The notes under the pieces are model-generated. The model saw nothing but the letters and a program-made list of their open reading frames with translations, searched no databases and had not been told where the DNA came from. From positions 9,564,011 to 9,628,010 of the forward strand of contig NW_002060945.1 in NCBI RefSeq assembly GCF_000150275.1: 64,000 bases of DNA, written 5' to 3'. This stretch comes from Trichoplax adhaerens. Taxonomy: Eukaryota; Animalia; Placozoa. Both the position numbers and the translations under genes were made by a program. Below are positions 33,241 to 46,282 of this stretch, piece by piece (positions within the stretch are counted from its first letter, which is position 1; each line of letters begins with the position of its first letter).

Positions 33241-33789
33241 CTATAAGCCCGCTAATTCCTTCTGTAATTGCGCTTTCTTGCTTACTTTAGCAGCTTGTTC
33301 CGCGTTGAGCTCTTTGATTTCACCACTGTCAAGCTTTTCCTGTAATTCCCTAATTTGGCGTAATTTTTTTTGAATATTTCTCTTCCTACTATCCGATAGT
33401 TGACTATGATCAGGCGTAGGTTTATTCCATTCGTCGGTGCTAGTAGGTTGATTTCCGATAGTGCATTTTTCTAACTTGTCGGCGGCATTTTGGACATTAT
33501 CATGGCTTGCAGGGGAAGGCTGATTTTTCAACTGTTTCTTTAATTTTCGTTGTTCATTTTTCTTTTGAGCTTTACTCTTGGCTTTGGAAGATTCCGTTGT
33601 GTCTACAACTAGGCCTGGAGGCATGGATGAGCTCTGATTCTTAACTATCTTTTTACCAATACTTTCATAGGTGGCCATTTCATCCTGTGGCACATAACCT
33701 TCTTTGACCTTTCGCTCTTTCCTCCAAGTGCCATCGGGTCTTTTCGTAGCCGGAATACTATATGCCGATTTCTCATTACTCGTTGCCAT
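33241..33789 (-). CDS. PYM1: Partner of Y14 and Mago (PYM/WIBG), intronless CDS, 182 aa
   Basis: IPATKRPDGTWRKERKVKEGYVPQDE (Mago-binding domain) and C-terminal KRNIQKKLRQIRELQEKLDSGEI..Q.AKVSKK..L..EL. Confidence 0.95.
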   Translation of the reverse strand: MATSNEKSAYSIPATKRPDGTWRKERKVKEGYVPQDEMATYESIGKKIVKNQSSSMPPGLVVDTTESSKAKSKAQKKNEQRKLKKQLKNQPSPASHDNVQNAADKLEKCTIGNQPTSTDEWNKPTPDHSQLSDSRKRNIQKKLRQIRELQEKLDSGEIKELNAEQAAKVSKKAQLQKELAGL

Positions 33790-34370
33790 GATTCAAAATA
33801 AGCCTATTTCTACTCATCAAATGATATTATAAGAAGAAAAAGTGATAATGATCCTCTACTTGCTTGAGCTATGTTGATTTTCCAACCGATTTGCAGTTTG
33901 CAGGTGTTGGTTGAATGAGGGTTAAAATGCTTGAAGCCCAGTACAGTAGTTACACTGTGCAGTGTGCACTGTACACTGTACGCGCGTACTGTACTCTACA
34001 GTGTACAGTACTATAGTTTCTTTTTTGACTGTACAGTACAGTAGTAGTACAATACTGTAACCATGAACGAGAGATCTCTCTCTAGTAGTGCTGGAATTCC
34101 TGGGTCGAAATGAGCGATCGAGCGGCGATTTCTCGATTTCCAGTAGCCATGAAACTGTACCCAATACAGTACTGTGTGTTGAAAGAGTCTTCAATGTCAC
34201 ATACAGTACAGACTGTATGTGCTAAGCACGTACTATAAAACTCCGTCAAAGCCGTAGAGGTAAGTAAGAAGAAGAATTAGAGTCCGAAAACTGCCTTCAT
34301 GTTCAGAGCTGTTGGAACTGTACTACAGTACAGTATACTGTAGAGTCCAGTACGTTGTACAGTACAGTAC

Positions 34371-35069
34371 CGGACCACCAGAAGGAGGCCCAAGTGGTCC
34401 GGATCTGTCCAGTGGTCCAAGCTGTTGAAACTGTACTACAGACAGTACAGTACAGTATTCCAGTTGTACAGTACTAGACTGGAATGCAAATTACACGGTC
34501 TACACTCTACAGTACTGTAGGCACGGACCGCCAGAAGGAGGCCCAAGTGGTCCAAGCTGTTGAAACTGTACAGTACTGTACAGTATTCCAGCTGTGTAGT
34601 ACTGTACAGTTTCAACAGCTTGGACCACTGAACAGACCGGTTAAGTGCCCATACGCAATTCCAGCAGGCACGGATCACCAGAAGGACGCCCAAGTGGTCC
34701 AAGCTGTTAAAACTGTACTGTCTACTGGACTGGAATGCAATTTACTGCAGGCACGGACCACCAGAAGGAGGCCCAAGAGGTCCAAGGTCTGTCCAGTGTT
34801 CCAAGCCGTTGAAACAGTACAGTTATTCCTGCAGGCACGGACCACTAGAAGGACGCCCAAGGTCTGTCCAGTGGTCCTAGCTGTTGAAACTGTACTTATT
34901 AGTGTACTGTACTACAGTACAATATTCCAGGCACGGACCACCAGAAGGAGGCCCAAGTGGTCCAAGCCGTTGAAACAGTTCAGTTGTTCCAGTCCAGTAC
35001 AGCGTACTGGACTGGAATGCAATTTCCAGCAGGCACGGACCACCAGAAGGACGTCCAAGTGGTCCATGG
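34371..35069 (+). repeat. Irregular array of 7 hairpin-forming units plus one inverted partial unit
   Basis: Core (G)CACGGACCACCAGAAGGA(G/C)GCCCAAGTGGTCCAAG at 34371, 34521, 34668, 34751, 34835, 34931, 35033, with spacings of 83-150 bp. Shared sub-blocks GCTGTTGAAACTGTAC and GACTGGAATGCAA. GGACCAC/GTGGTCC forms a 7-bp stem. Confidence 0.93.
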
Positions 35070-35453
35070 TCTAGTCTCCACCGTCTGTCACAGTACTGTA
35101 GTTGTCCATGGTACAGTACAATGCACCCTACATCACCGCTGGGAATACTGCAGTATACTGTACGGAACAGCGGGTTGATCTTGTATGCAATCCCCTGCCC
35201 ATTTGTACACTGTACTGGTAAAGTGGATATTGCCCATTTCGTCTTGCTATGGGTAATGGAGTCTTGGCTGCCATCATAGTTACTCGCTCAAAGCCTCATC
35301 ATCACTTACCTAACTTACTGTTCATGTAATCTTACAAACAACATTTTCGTGCCTTCAACAATTCAAAAAGTGGAGAACAATATCGTAGTCAAGATTTCAA
35401 TTATTACTTCTATCTTAAGGCAATAACGCGGATTGTTGAGTAATCCAAGCAAA

Positions 35454-38400
35454 ATGATGAGGAAAAGCATCGACTACGACGCAACTTGGGCGTCATTGCG
35501 AAAAGTCATCTTTGATGTTCTTACATTGAAACCGGTGGATCGAATTATATGGAGCGATAGTATATCGTATCCTTAACATCATAGGTCTATTATTTGTTAG
35601 CCAGATATTCATTTTCAACCTTAAAATTGTTGCAATCCAATAGTAAACGACCTTACAGGATTAGTGTGTTGACATGATTGTCCTAGGCAAGCCTATACAG
35701 TACTGTAGCGCCATGACCAAATGGATGCAATACTAGCAGTCATGTTACTTTACCCTATGATCGATCAATAGGGTAGAATGCCTTGATCTCTTAATCATGA
35801 CAGTACTATAAAATTGATCAATCGATGAAATAATCATGTAAGTTACAATGACTTTCCTATCATTCTGATGGACTATCTTACTTCATTCTTGCTATCATGA
35901 ACTACTGTAACAGTATTGTGTCAACATGATTCTGTGTAGTCTGTAGCGATCAGTAAATAACTTGTAAACTAAAACTAAAATTATACCTACTCACCATGAT
36001 GATCAATATTACAACACTGTACATAGGTAAAAGTAGTTAATATCCAGTGTTACAGGAGATTAAAATAGCTTCAATTACAATTATATCTGGTAACTAACTA
36101 TTACTATCATCATGGATAGTCTATTGCAGTAGCTGTGCTAGCTCAATTTCAAAACAAGGAAAGAATAGGGATCAATTCAAACTTGTACTACTCTCCAAGA
36201 GTTAATGGCGATAACCTGACTATTATATTCTCTATGTACTAATACATGACTATGACTTGGAGATATTTTCTTTAATGTCAAAATTTCTTACTCGCTCATG
36301 AAAAAAGTGATATTTACTCTATTTGCATCTCTTCTTCGGAATATATCGAGCGTATTTACAACGATTGCAAGGAATTCCTTATTTCCCATATTACCCATAT
36401 TAAAAAGGAGGTAAGTTGAATGAAAGGACTGATGTTACTACTGCATACACGGTACATGCTGAATCACACTATGTCTAAAGATATAGTTTAGTAACATGTC
36501 AATACAATATCAAGTTATGGCTGCGCTATGCTTAGTCTTATGCCTTAGAAATATTTTCGCATGTACAAGTCACGCAAGGATGTGATGACGCAAAACTAGA
36601 AATGTACTCTTTTTATATTTAGGCCATCAAAGAATTACTTGCCTATTTTAATAGCGAAATAGTTTAATGCTGCTGATTAGTATGATGAGACAAATAATTA
36701 ATTTTAATTACATATTAGCTACATGGTGGAACTTTTAGAATGTACTAACTTAGATTTAAAAGGCAGCATCCTACTCTGCTAAAATTAAAGGCTAAAGGGC
36801 ATAGCAGTAATAATATTACTAAAATGTCATAATGCACGTCGTAATTCCAGTGATGTGAATTTGACTTTACCCTTAAATTTATACACTGTACCGTAAATCG
36901 TCTCATAAAATAGGGTCCTTTCTACAATAATGTAATACAGTAATTATTCATCAATCACATGATCGCAATTGATATTTTGACTGCAGCGTTCCAATATATT
37001 TCATCATCACTATACTAATCTCTTATTCGCCAATTGTAGCTGACTGGTGTATACTCGCAAGCTTTACTGAAAAAATATTATGAATATTGGATAAAATTTA
37101 GCTCTGGAGCCAGTTATCTCAATTCCATGTTTACGTATGTTTAATAGCATATTTAGTTATAAGTGTTATAAATGTAGCGTTGTCAACGATTACATATGAA
37201 ATAATTGATATTTATGTAGCTTAAAATTGAAAAGTATTCATATAGATATAACGAAAGCAAGAAATTATAACTGATTTTAGTACAGAATTATGTGATTTAA
37301 CAAAACAAGGCACTACAGTAACCGTAATCACGCGCTAGTAAAATGATTGCAATACGCGTACAACCTTACTTCTTAATAAATATTACATGCAATCCGGCCC
37401 TTTATTCTCCACTTATTGTATCCTTATTAACTATTTTTCATTATCGAGTCTAGCTGTCGAATATGTACGCAGGTTCAAGTAGTTTTTTACTAAATCTTGT
37501 TTCTATCATCTACCAGGTATCTCAATCGTAGTCGCAATTATATGCATGGAAGCGACAGCTCTTATGAACAGATGCCCTATTCAAGCCAAGAGAATGAGGA
37601 GCTACCAGCAGAAATTGGACAAGTAATTAGACACGCTAATTTTCAAATTTTTTATTACAATATTAGTCACTATGTTGTAAATTGTTACATGCAGTTCTAA
37701 TAGTAATGTGCATTAATTTACGAATGGTTATCATCATTGTTAACAAATTCATTATTCCATCAATTATTGAATATTTTTTAACACAGATTGCCATGCAGCA
37801 ATGGCAGGAAATAATCATTGAGGAATACCAAGTTGAATTGGTCAATGTTTTACTTGCTGCCATAGAAAAGTTTGTAGCTACCCTATGAACTGATATTTTT
37901 TAATATTTCAAATTTGAATGTTGTTATGACTAATTGTTACTAGCCGTTGTAATATCATGCTGTCTTCTATGACGTTTTATATAAATCTATATATAATGAT
38001 TCTTATCTAAACACTTCACAGTGATCGTAAAGAAGAAAATATTCCTGTTGCAGATTTAGTACAGGGTGTTATCCATTCGTTTGGTAAATTCGTTGAACTC
38101 TAAATTAAATTTTATCGCTAGTAGTTATAATGGTATACAGTAGATAACACTCTATCAGATACATTCTGACAATTATGCCTAATTTATTGTTTGATATCAT
38201 CAATTTACAGTTAATGTAAAAGGGGATGAAGTAACATCTCTCAAGGTAGGCTATTATCCATTAGGAAAGACAATTGTATAGTAATTTTGTATTTATTTAA
38301 TACATAAAAATAGATGAAATTAATATATAATCCTTACGGATATCCTTTACAAATCTACTGAGAACATTATCTTATAACCGACAAAATATACTTCACTGTA

Positions 38401-41400
38401 GTTTTATCAATCGGTATTTGAAGCTCGGCTCCTGGAAGAGACAAAAAATTTCTATGCTCGTGAGCTTGCTCGACTAAGGGAATCTTATGATTTTTCAGGA
38501 TTCATAAAGGCCGTATGTAAAGCTTACATTTTATAATACGAATATAGATAGCTGTTATTTACCTATTTAAAGTTGCTAAACAATCTATGTGTCACATTAC
38601 ATTTTCGCAGGTTAAGAATAGAATTGATGCTGAGCAACACCGGTGTCAGAAATTTTTTCATGTTAGTTCGCATAGTAAAGTACTGAAAGCGTGCATATCA
38701 CGACTAACAGCTGAACAGATAGACTATCTCAACTGCGAATGTGCACGACTTGTAAAAAATGAGTTAATCGACGGTAAGCATTGGACTTTTTATATAATAG
38801 ATCTTTAGCGTAATAATGGATTGTAATTAAATTTCAGAGCCTTCGGTATATCATATTTTACAGTTGCAGTGCCAATAATAGATTCCAGACAATGTATCTA
38901 ATTGATTTACATATATCACTTATAGATTTAAACTGTTTATATAAATTACTGAGATTGGTTGATAATGGTCTAAAAGTTATGCTTCAGGAGATAGAAAGTC
39001 ATATCAAAAGAATTGGTAAGTTGCTTGTTATAAATTTATTCAGAAAAGTAAACTTGATACCACGCACTAAATATTATATAATACGAAATAGTACGCAACA
39101 CTAGTAATAAAGTAAAAATGTTTTAGGCGTTGAAGTCACTGCTGACCTACGGAAGGAAAACGTACGATGAATTGAAGATTGTAGCAGATCGAATCTTTCC
39201 ATACAATTTTAAATAAAGCATATTAAATTATTAACAAATTTTCTTTAAATGTCGTATTGTAGACTTGTGAAGATTATGTGAATGCTATGCTTAAGGTATC
39301 CGATAGATTTTCGACACTGATCCAACAGGCTTTTGAGGAAGATCCGGAATTTAAGACAATCTTTGGAAAAGTAAACTAAAGCTGGCCAGAATATTTGATA
39401 TATAGATATATTTATTAATTTAAGGCAGTATCAAATGACATCATTATTTAAAAAATAGGCCATCAGAGCTGTAATAAATCATTCGAACTCTTCCAGTACT
39501 CCTATCAGGGCTGCTGAAATTGTAAATGATACCGTAGCTTTTTCAATTAATTCTATTGATCAGTTTTATTCGGGTCGTTTCTGTCTGACTAATGTAACAT
39601 TTTTTTATTAGCTCGCTAGATACGCGGACATTCTTTTAAAGAAAGGTTCGAAAAACTGGAGTGATGCTGAGTTGGATGATAAGCAATCTCACGTGGTTAA
39701 TAAAGAAGCCGAAATACGTTTTACTCTTCCTGTTTGATTTATAGCTTTTCTTACTCAAATTTATCGTTTCAGATTAACCTATTTAAATATGTGGACGATA
39801 AGGACCTATTTCAGAAGGTATTAGTTCAAGTTTTGCTTCTACAATTTAAGTAGCGATTTCCATTCGAAGAGTAGTGCAGAAGGCTATTTTAGCTACTACA
39901 GATCGCAAATCTCATTCATTGATTATATTTAGTTCTATAGCAAATTCTTAGCTAAGCGATTGATTATGAATGGATCGATATCGTTGGATGCTGAGGAAGA
40001 AATGATAAAAAAATTAAAGGTATTAAAAATTAAGTAAAATACTCAAATTTGTCTAGATCTCGGATATACATAGCCACATTTGATTGTAATATCTTCTTTG
40101 AATATCAGATTATTTGTGGTTACGAGTATACAAGCCGACTACATCAAATGTTCACAGATATACGTTTGAACGAAGGTGTAAACAGCGAATTTTCATCTTA
40201 TTTGAATAAGAAAAACATCAAATTAACCGTGAATTTTAGCGCCAGCGTCCTACAGGTATGTAGTCATGCAATAATATATCACTTAAAACTGCTGACTTTT
40301 TGTTTCTGTTACCGTTACCAGTCTGGAGCCTGGCCTTTAAATCAAACTTCTTCGCCATATTCTATACCACCAGATCTGGAAAGATCGCTCACAACGGTAT
40401 TATTCTAAGTTTGATACAATAAAATATTCACTTAGAGTTAATCTTAAATCTTTTTTCAGTTCGAAGAATACTACTGCACCTCGTTACACCGTGGAAGAAA
40501 ACTAGTTTGGTTACCTTACCTCTCTACTGGTAAAATTTAATACTTATAGAGCGAAGTGTTTATAATTCGTATGCAGTTTTCTGTAAAACTAACCAATGCT
40601 GCAATTTGTTAAATCCCTTTTTAGCTGAACTTCGTATGACCTATCTAAAGAAGGGTTACTATGTCACTACAACAACTTATCAGATGGCAGTTTTACTTTT
40701 ATACAACAATGCTTTATCGTATACAGGACGGTAGGTCAATCACTGAATGTAAACTATATTAAACCGTTAAAGCTATACTTTTCTAATATAAAGTTGGTAC
40801 AATTGCAACAGAGATATCGCAACGTGGACGCAATTGACTGAAAAGGAATTAATTAGAACTCTCTCCAGTCTAGAAGCAGCAAAAATTCTAATTAAAGTTA
40901 GAATTTTTAATGAATGTTCTGTTACAGCAAAAATTTTTTAAAAGAATGTATCGTAATTATAGGAAAATTCCCGTGAAGGTAATAGTTATAAGCTGAATTT
41001 AGAATTTGGTAATAAACGCACAAAATTTAAGATAGCATCATCGTCTATACGTGAGAGTCCTCAGGTAAAGGATTTTTAATTGCTCCCCTTATCCATCTAA
41101 TTTAAAATAGTAGAGATAATTTACCTATTTTTTATGTTCTTCAGGAAATAACCAAGGTTCACAGTAGAATTGAAGAAGAGAGGAAATTATTCCTACAGGT
41201 AAAAAGCATGGATAACTTTGCAATTGAGTGTTTCGGTGTCTAAGTAATTAAATGTTTATATGTAACTTGCAGGCAACAATAGTTCGAATAATGAAATCGC
41301 GAAAAGTCTTAAATCATAACTCCCTTTTAGAAGAGGTTAAAAATTTATTTAATGCGTGTGATATCGTATAGTCATAGATTGCAAAAGTTTCCTTATTCTC

Positions 41401-41643
41401 ATTTTAACCTGACTGTTAGGTCATTAAGATGTCAGTTAATAGATTTTCGCCCTCCATTGTGCTTATTAAGGTAAGTTTTCGAATTACTATTCTAATCTAT
41501 GCTATACAAGTATCTACGGAATAAAAGCTTAAATTCTTAACGTGGTACTATATCATTGTTAGAAATGCATTGAACTTCTGATCGAGAAAGATTACATGAA
41601 GAGAAATGAGGGAAGACAAGATGAGTACAACTACATCGCGTAA
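35454..41643 (+). CDS. CUL2: Cullin-2-like scaffold, >20 exons
   Basis: MMRKSIDYDATW..WSDSIS|DIYSICI (cf. CUL2 WNDRFSDIYALC), GVIHSFV, FYQSVFEARLLEET, AAEILARYADILLKKG, FKYVDDKDLFQKFYSKFLAKRLI, ICGYEYTSRLHQMFTD, LQSGAWPL, GRKLVW, neddylation motif ATIVRIMKSRK, C-terminal KKCIELLIEKDYM..DEYNYIA* (TAA ends 41643). Confidence 0.9.
35567..36307 (+). other. U12-type (minor spliceosome) GT-AG intron, CUL2 first coding intron
   Basis: 5' splice site GTATCCTTAAC; branch-like TTTCTTAC at 36284-36291; purine-rich 3' end AAAAAAG with no polypyrimidine tract. Splicing restores the frame (TC|T GAT ATT TAC). Confidence 0.85.
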
Positions 41644-42700
41644 AATGCGCAGTGTGACACTTAATGGCTTACTCGATCTTAGTAATGTAAATGAGAGCTT
41701 TGTGGCTAAATAGCATGAAATAACTCTGTTCCATATATCTCTTGTCGTGATTATTGCAAAATCATAATTAAATGAATGAGTGAATGAACGATTGGTTTTT
41801 TACCACCTAAATGATTTGAGTGACTTATTTATTGCCAAGCTCATAGTTGTCTATATGATCCATTGGATACCTGTAAGGGCAAAGATACGTATTTTGCTAT
41901 GTACACTGTACAGTATAATGATGCGATAATTAATAACTTTTTCTGGAAATGTCTACATTGTAACGCAAGAAATATCTTGCGTTATCTGGAAGTAAACTAA
42001 TTACTGCCTATAACTTTTACCTGTGTTTTATGTGTTCAATGATAAAGTAATTCCATCAATAGGTACTTGAATATACTATAATTTTACTTCTTGATACGAT
42101 GCTTAGAGTCGCTATCCGCTAAAGCGTGCAGTTATGCTGTAGTACATAATGTTCATTATCTATCAGAATTGAAAGATACTATAATGAAAACATTACGATC
42201 TACGTAGTGCTGCATATTAAGTACGTATAATATAGTGAAGCAGTACTGAATTATTTAGTAATTTACTGTAGATTAGAATTTAGAAAGCTAATGCACTATA
42301 TTATAGTAAAATGATCCACGTATCTATTGTTGGTCCCTCGGTATAATTTGATAAGGGTACATTCAGCCGGCAAATGGTGGTACGTATATAATTGTAGTAT
42401 TGCATTAAATCAGTTCTTAACAATAAAACTTATCAGTCTAAAACTAAACTAGCACGAAAATTCTTGTTGGGTAAGGGTAACAGCATATTACTACGGTAGT
42501 GAACAGCAGGCGATACTATACATATTTAATACGTGCATTTAACGTGTATATTAGGTAATAAGGTACACGAGTGAAAAAGGGGACAAACATCTGATTCGTA
42601 ACTTCAATTTCTTTAGTTTTACACACCCGTATAGGGTCTATACACAACTTATAATAAATTCGTAAAACTAGCGAACAAATTTACGCTTTCTTTCGCTTAG

Positions 42701-42804
42701 GAATATCTAAAGAACAAGCCAAGGAAAATTGGATGAAGAAGGCGGATAAATTAATCGGAAAAAAATGTGGCAGGGAGCATGGCAGTATTTCTAATGATGC
42801 ATGA
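42701..42804 (+). pseudogene. Orphan duplicate of the ACBP terminal exon
   Basis: After a strong acceptor (tttctttcgcttag), phase 1 reads GISKEQAKENWMKKADKL.., matching the ACBP last exon GMSTEEAKQAYIKKANSL at 46227. No intact upstream ACBP exons found. Confidence 0.6.
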
Positions 42805-43634
42805 TTACACTTTAGTGATACGTTCTATAGCCTTCTAAATATCCATTATTAATACTGTAATAACATTCTATCGATTAGTGACTACTGTAATACAAGAACG
42901 AGAAGGTTTTACGATAAGCCTAATATACAACGTACAGCAGTCGTTGTGGTATACTATAGTATAATTTCTTCGAGGTATAAATGCGATATACAGTACTGTA
43001 ATAACAATACTCTAGCGATTCTATTCGTATACAAGAATACGCGTATGCAGTGTAATATTAGAAGATCATCGTCATGTGCGGTGAGAAGGTTTTAGTATAC
43101 GAAGTAGGATTAATCCAAGGCATTATTTGAACTAACCAAAGAATGGAGTAAATGTAGCATAGTATAATCTCTTCAGATCACTCATGAGAAATACGATATG
43201 ATAATTAATTATACCGGCCGAGAACACTATATCGATTGACAGCTACTGTAATGGGGGGAGGTGAACTAGATACTTTTTACTGTTGTTCTACCTCCGATGG
43301 ACATGATGACAACAAAGAGAAACTCACACTAATTCTAATTTAATTAAAAGGATTGTGTATTGTAAGCTAATCCCCTTTAAAAAGGTGAAAATTGAACGCA
43401 ATTTGAAGTATTCCTCAGTCTACACTGTGCTCTTAAAAGAGCATCGAGAAAGGATCGAGGCCCATTCCACTCTATCCCACAGCATTTAGATGATTGCAAT
43501 TTCAAGGGCATTGACTTGCAACAAAAGAAGACAAACAAAATGGATGATTCTCGCAGCACATCGACGCAGTATTTGGCAAGGAATCATCCTATCCCATGAT
43601 CAACGTTGACATACGATTGAAATAGTTGTGTACA

Positions 43635-43678
43635 GCTATGGACTACTAAACAGAACACTGCATTTAGTAGTCCATAGC
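43635..43678. mobile_element. Mini inverted-repeat element (44 bp; 16-bp perfect arms) upstream of ACBP
   Basis: GCTATGGACTACTAAA-cagaacactgca-TTTAGTAGTCCATAGC. Shares ATGGACTACTA with the 6660 TIR. Confidence 0.7.
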
Positions 43679-44037
43679 ATAGCGAAGCAGAAAAGTTCTT
43701 GTCAATACTACAGAAGGCATCGAGAAGAGTCGAGAGAAGAGAGTTATTGGTATTTGTTTGTTTGTTTTTATTTATTTATGGCTCATAGGACGGACGTCCG
43801 GATTGTTTGCATAAGTAAAAAAATCTCCACTGTACTATACACTGCATTGCTAACATGATACACTACACAGTCAGTACTATAGGCATGACTAAAAGGTGCA
43901 TGCGCTTACACACAGACCCTCGCCGCGTGCAACCAGTACATAAATCGATCGGCCAGATCCATTTCTGCACTTGACTGGTTTCCAACGAGCTGCAAGAAGG
44001 TACCTGGAAAGCGGAAAAAAACAACAACAACGTTAGA

Positions 44038-46282
44038 ATGGAAGTAAGTAGCGTTAAAATGGATCAAGAAATCATTTAATCTCAGCTGTTACCAGTACTA
44101 AATGAGAGTAAAGCAGTCATTGAAATGGTAGATTTGGATGTTAGTTGATTTGAGTTTTCCCAGTACACTTATGTCGGAAAGTTGAACCTTAAAATAGGAC
44201 GCTTTTACCGTAGGGAGTATAGACATAGTCGTAAACAGTGTCGCAGTGCCATGGCGATAACGGATTGATGAAGAGTACAATATAGAAGGATTGTTGAAAA
44301 GCTCTCCATGAAGTTATTTTAAGCTGTTCATCATTTTTCCTTTTTGTTCGTTCTATATCCTGCCTTTTTAAATTGAATACAACTCATTAACTAAATACAG
44401 TCGTGAAAAATTTCTTATTCAATGACAATCCTATGGAAATGGGAGATTCCTAATTGCCATCATGATTTTGTGTTCAACCAGACTAGCTGATGTTGATATT
44501 GTCTGATCATCAAATAATGAATCATTGACTTCATTGTTGTTCACCAGATTGGACAGATGAACAAAAACTGACTGTAGGTCAATTAACTTAAAGTATTAAT
44601 TATAAATGAGAAGCTGTCAATGGACATAAGTGACGGTCAGTGTTGAGCGTATTGCATACTACGGACTATGGACTGCAGAGTGGTCTTTAGAAGTGTTGTT
44701 ATTCTTCGATTTTGATTACAAATATAACAAGGGATCAATCGTTCGATCCAAAGGGCTAAAATGCACATATAGTGTAAACAGGCATGCATCTTTACCATCC
44801 TACTGCCTAACCTGATCGAAAAGCTGTGCTCATGCTTCTACAGAAAATCTAAAATCAAGTCAACATACCTACCCTACAGCAATGCAAAACCAATACTGTA
44901 CTGTAAAAATAAATTATACGCATTATAGTACACGTATACGTAGAATGTAAACTATAAAATAGAATTATTCAGTTTTCGTCTACTGGTATTGTTAACTTAA
45001 TATACGTTCGCAGATTATTCTTCCGAATACTACAATATCTTTCGTATGTAGTCGTGGTATTTTCAAAACTAATAATAGTCAACAGCAACATCTGCCTGCT
45101 ACGAAACATACGAGTGTTTTTCATGACTGCAACTATACTGATAGACTAATACAATATTTGCGATCCAAAGTTTAAAATTATGAGATTGGCAGCGAAATTT
45201 CCACTCGCATTTTACAAATTGGTTTTCAATACTATTAACTCTCTAACTTGAGTATTAATTATAGGCATTTTTAGTGTTTTAGCAGTCTCAATCGAAAGTT
45301 ACCTAAGATAGACATATGGATCGCAAGTCAGTTCTGTAAACCCAACCATTAGCATTATGTCCTACAGTACCATTGTGTTTGACGCCAATTAACAGTGCTT
45401 CAATTTTATATACACAACTGTAATTGTAATTGTAATTGTATGTAAACTATCTATCTATCTATCTGTCATATTATATTCACACTATGTACTTCAAGTGCAG
45501 CATTATATTAAAGACAAATCTACCCATAAATTAAAAATTACACAATTACATATTATTGTTACCTTACAAGATCGACTGAATAATAATATCGCTTTAAAAT
45601 TCGTTAAATCCTCATATCTACATTTGAAGGAGGAATTCAAAAGTGCGGTAGATAAGATCAACAATCTTGCAAGTAAACCTTCCAATGAGGATTTATTAGA
45701 AATATACGGTCTTTACAAACAGGCAACTGTTGGCGATTGTAACACTGGTAAGTTATAATTTGTAATGATCACCAAAGTGAGATAATTTTTAATGCTAAAC
45801 TTATTATTAAAATTTGCATATATACAAGTATACTGCATTTCAACGCTATCCTACTCATTACGCTGGTCATAATAGTAGGGAGAGAAAAGAGCTTCTCATG
45901 AATTTATCTATTCGTTGAAATATGCTTTTCGTATATATCTAAGCAAATATGAGTATGAAAATGAACGACAACTTTAACATCAATTAATGATCTTTTAATT
46001 ATGTAGATCGTCCTGGATTTTTTGATCAAAAGAATCGAGCCAAGTGGGATTCATGGAATTCTAAGAAGGGTTAGTAAGCGATAGACATAAATAGAACTGT
46101 ATCTTAATTTTTCTATACTACTGTACATTACTTATACTAATGTTAGAGTACACTCTAAAATATAAATACTGTATTGTGTTAGGAAACATAACCGATTGTA
46201 AATTTTGACTCTATTTTCTAATTTAGGAATGAGTACAGAAGAGGCCAAACAAGCTTACATTAAGAAAGCAAACAGTTTATAA
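44038..46282 (+). CDS. DBI: Acyl-CoA-binding protein (ACBP/DBI family)
   Basis: Exons 44038-44043 (ATG GAA|gtaagt, tentative), 45630-45747, 46007-46069, 46227-46282: MEEEFKSAVDKINNLASKPSNEDLLEIYGLYKQATVGDCNTDRPGFFDQKNRAKWDSWNSKKGMSTEEAKQAYIKKANSL*. Confidence 0.93.

Noticed and set aside
34521-34560. HDV-like ribozyme on the minus strand of the array unit (GCC-TCCTTCT-GGT resembles P3/L3)
   Set aside because: The P1 3' strand overlaps P3, and no P1.1 GG, P2 or catalytic J4/2 could be placed.
34371-35069. CRISPR array (conserved hairpin repeat with variable spacers)
   Set aside because: Eukaryotic intron-rich context, no cas genes, spacer lengths vary widely and spacers are homologous to each other.
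34436-35178. ORFs of 61-196 aa across the array
   Set aside because: By-products of GC-rich repeats; repetitive peptides appear in several frames and no protein family is recognisable.
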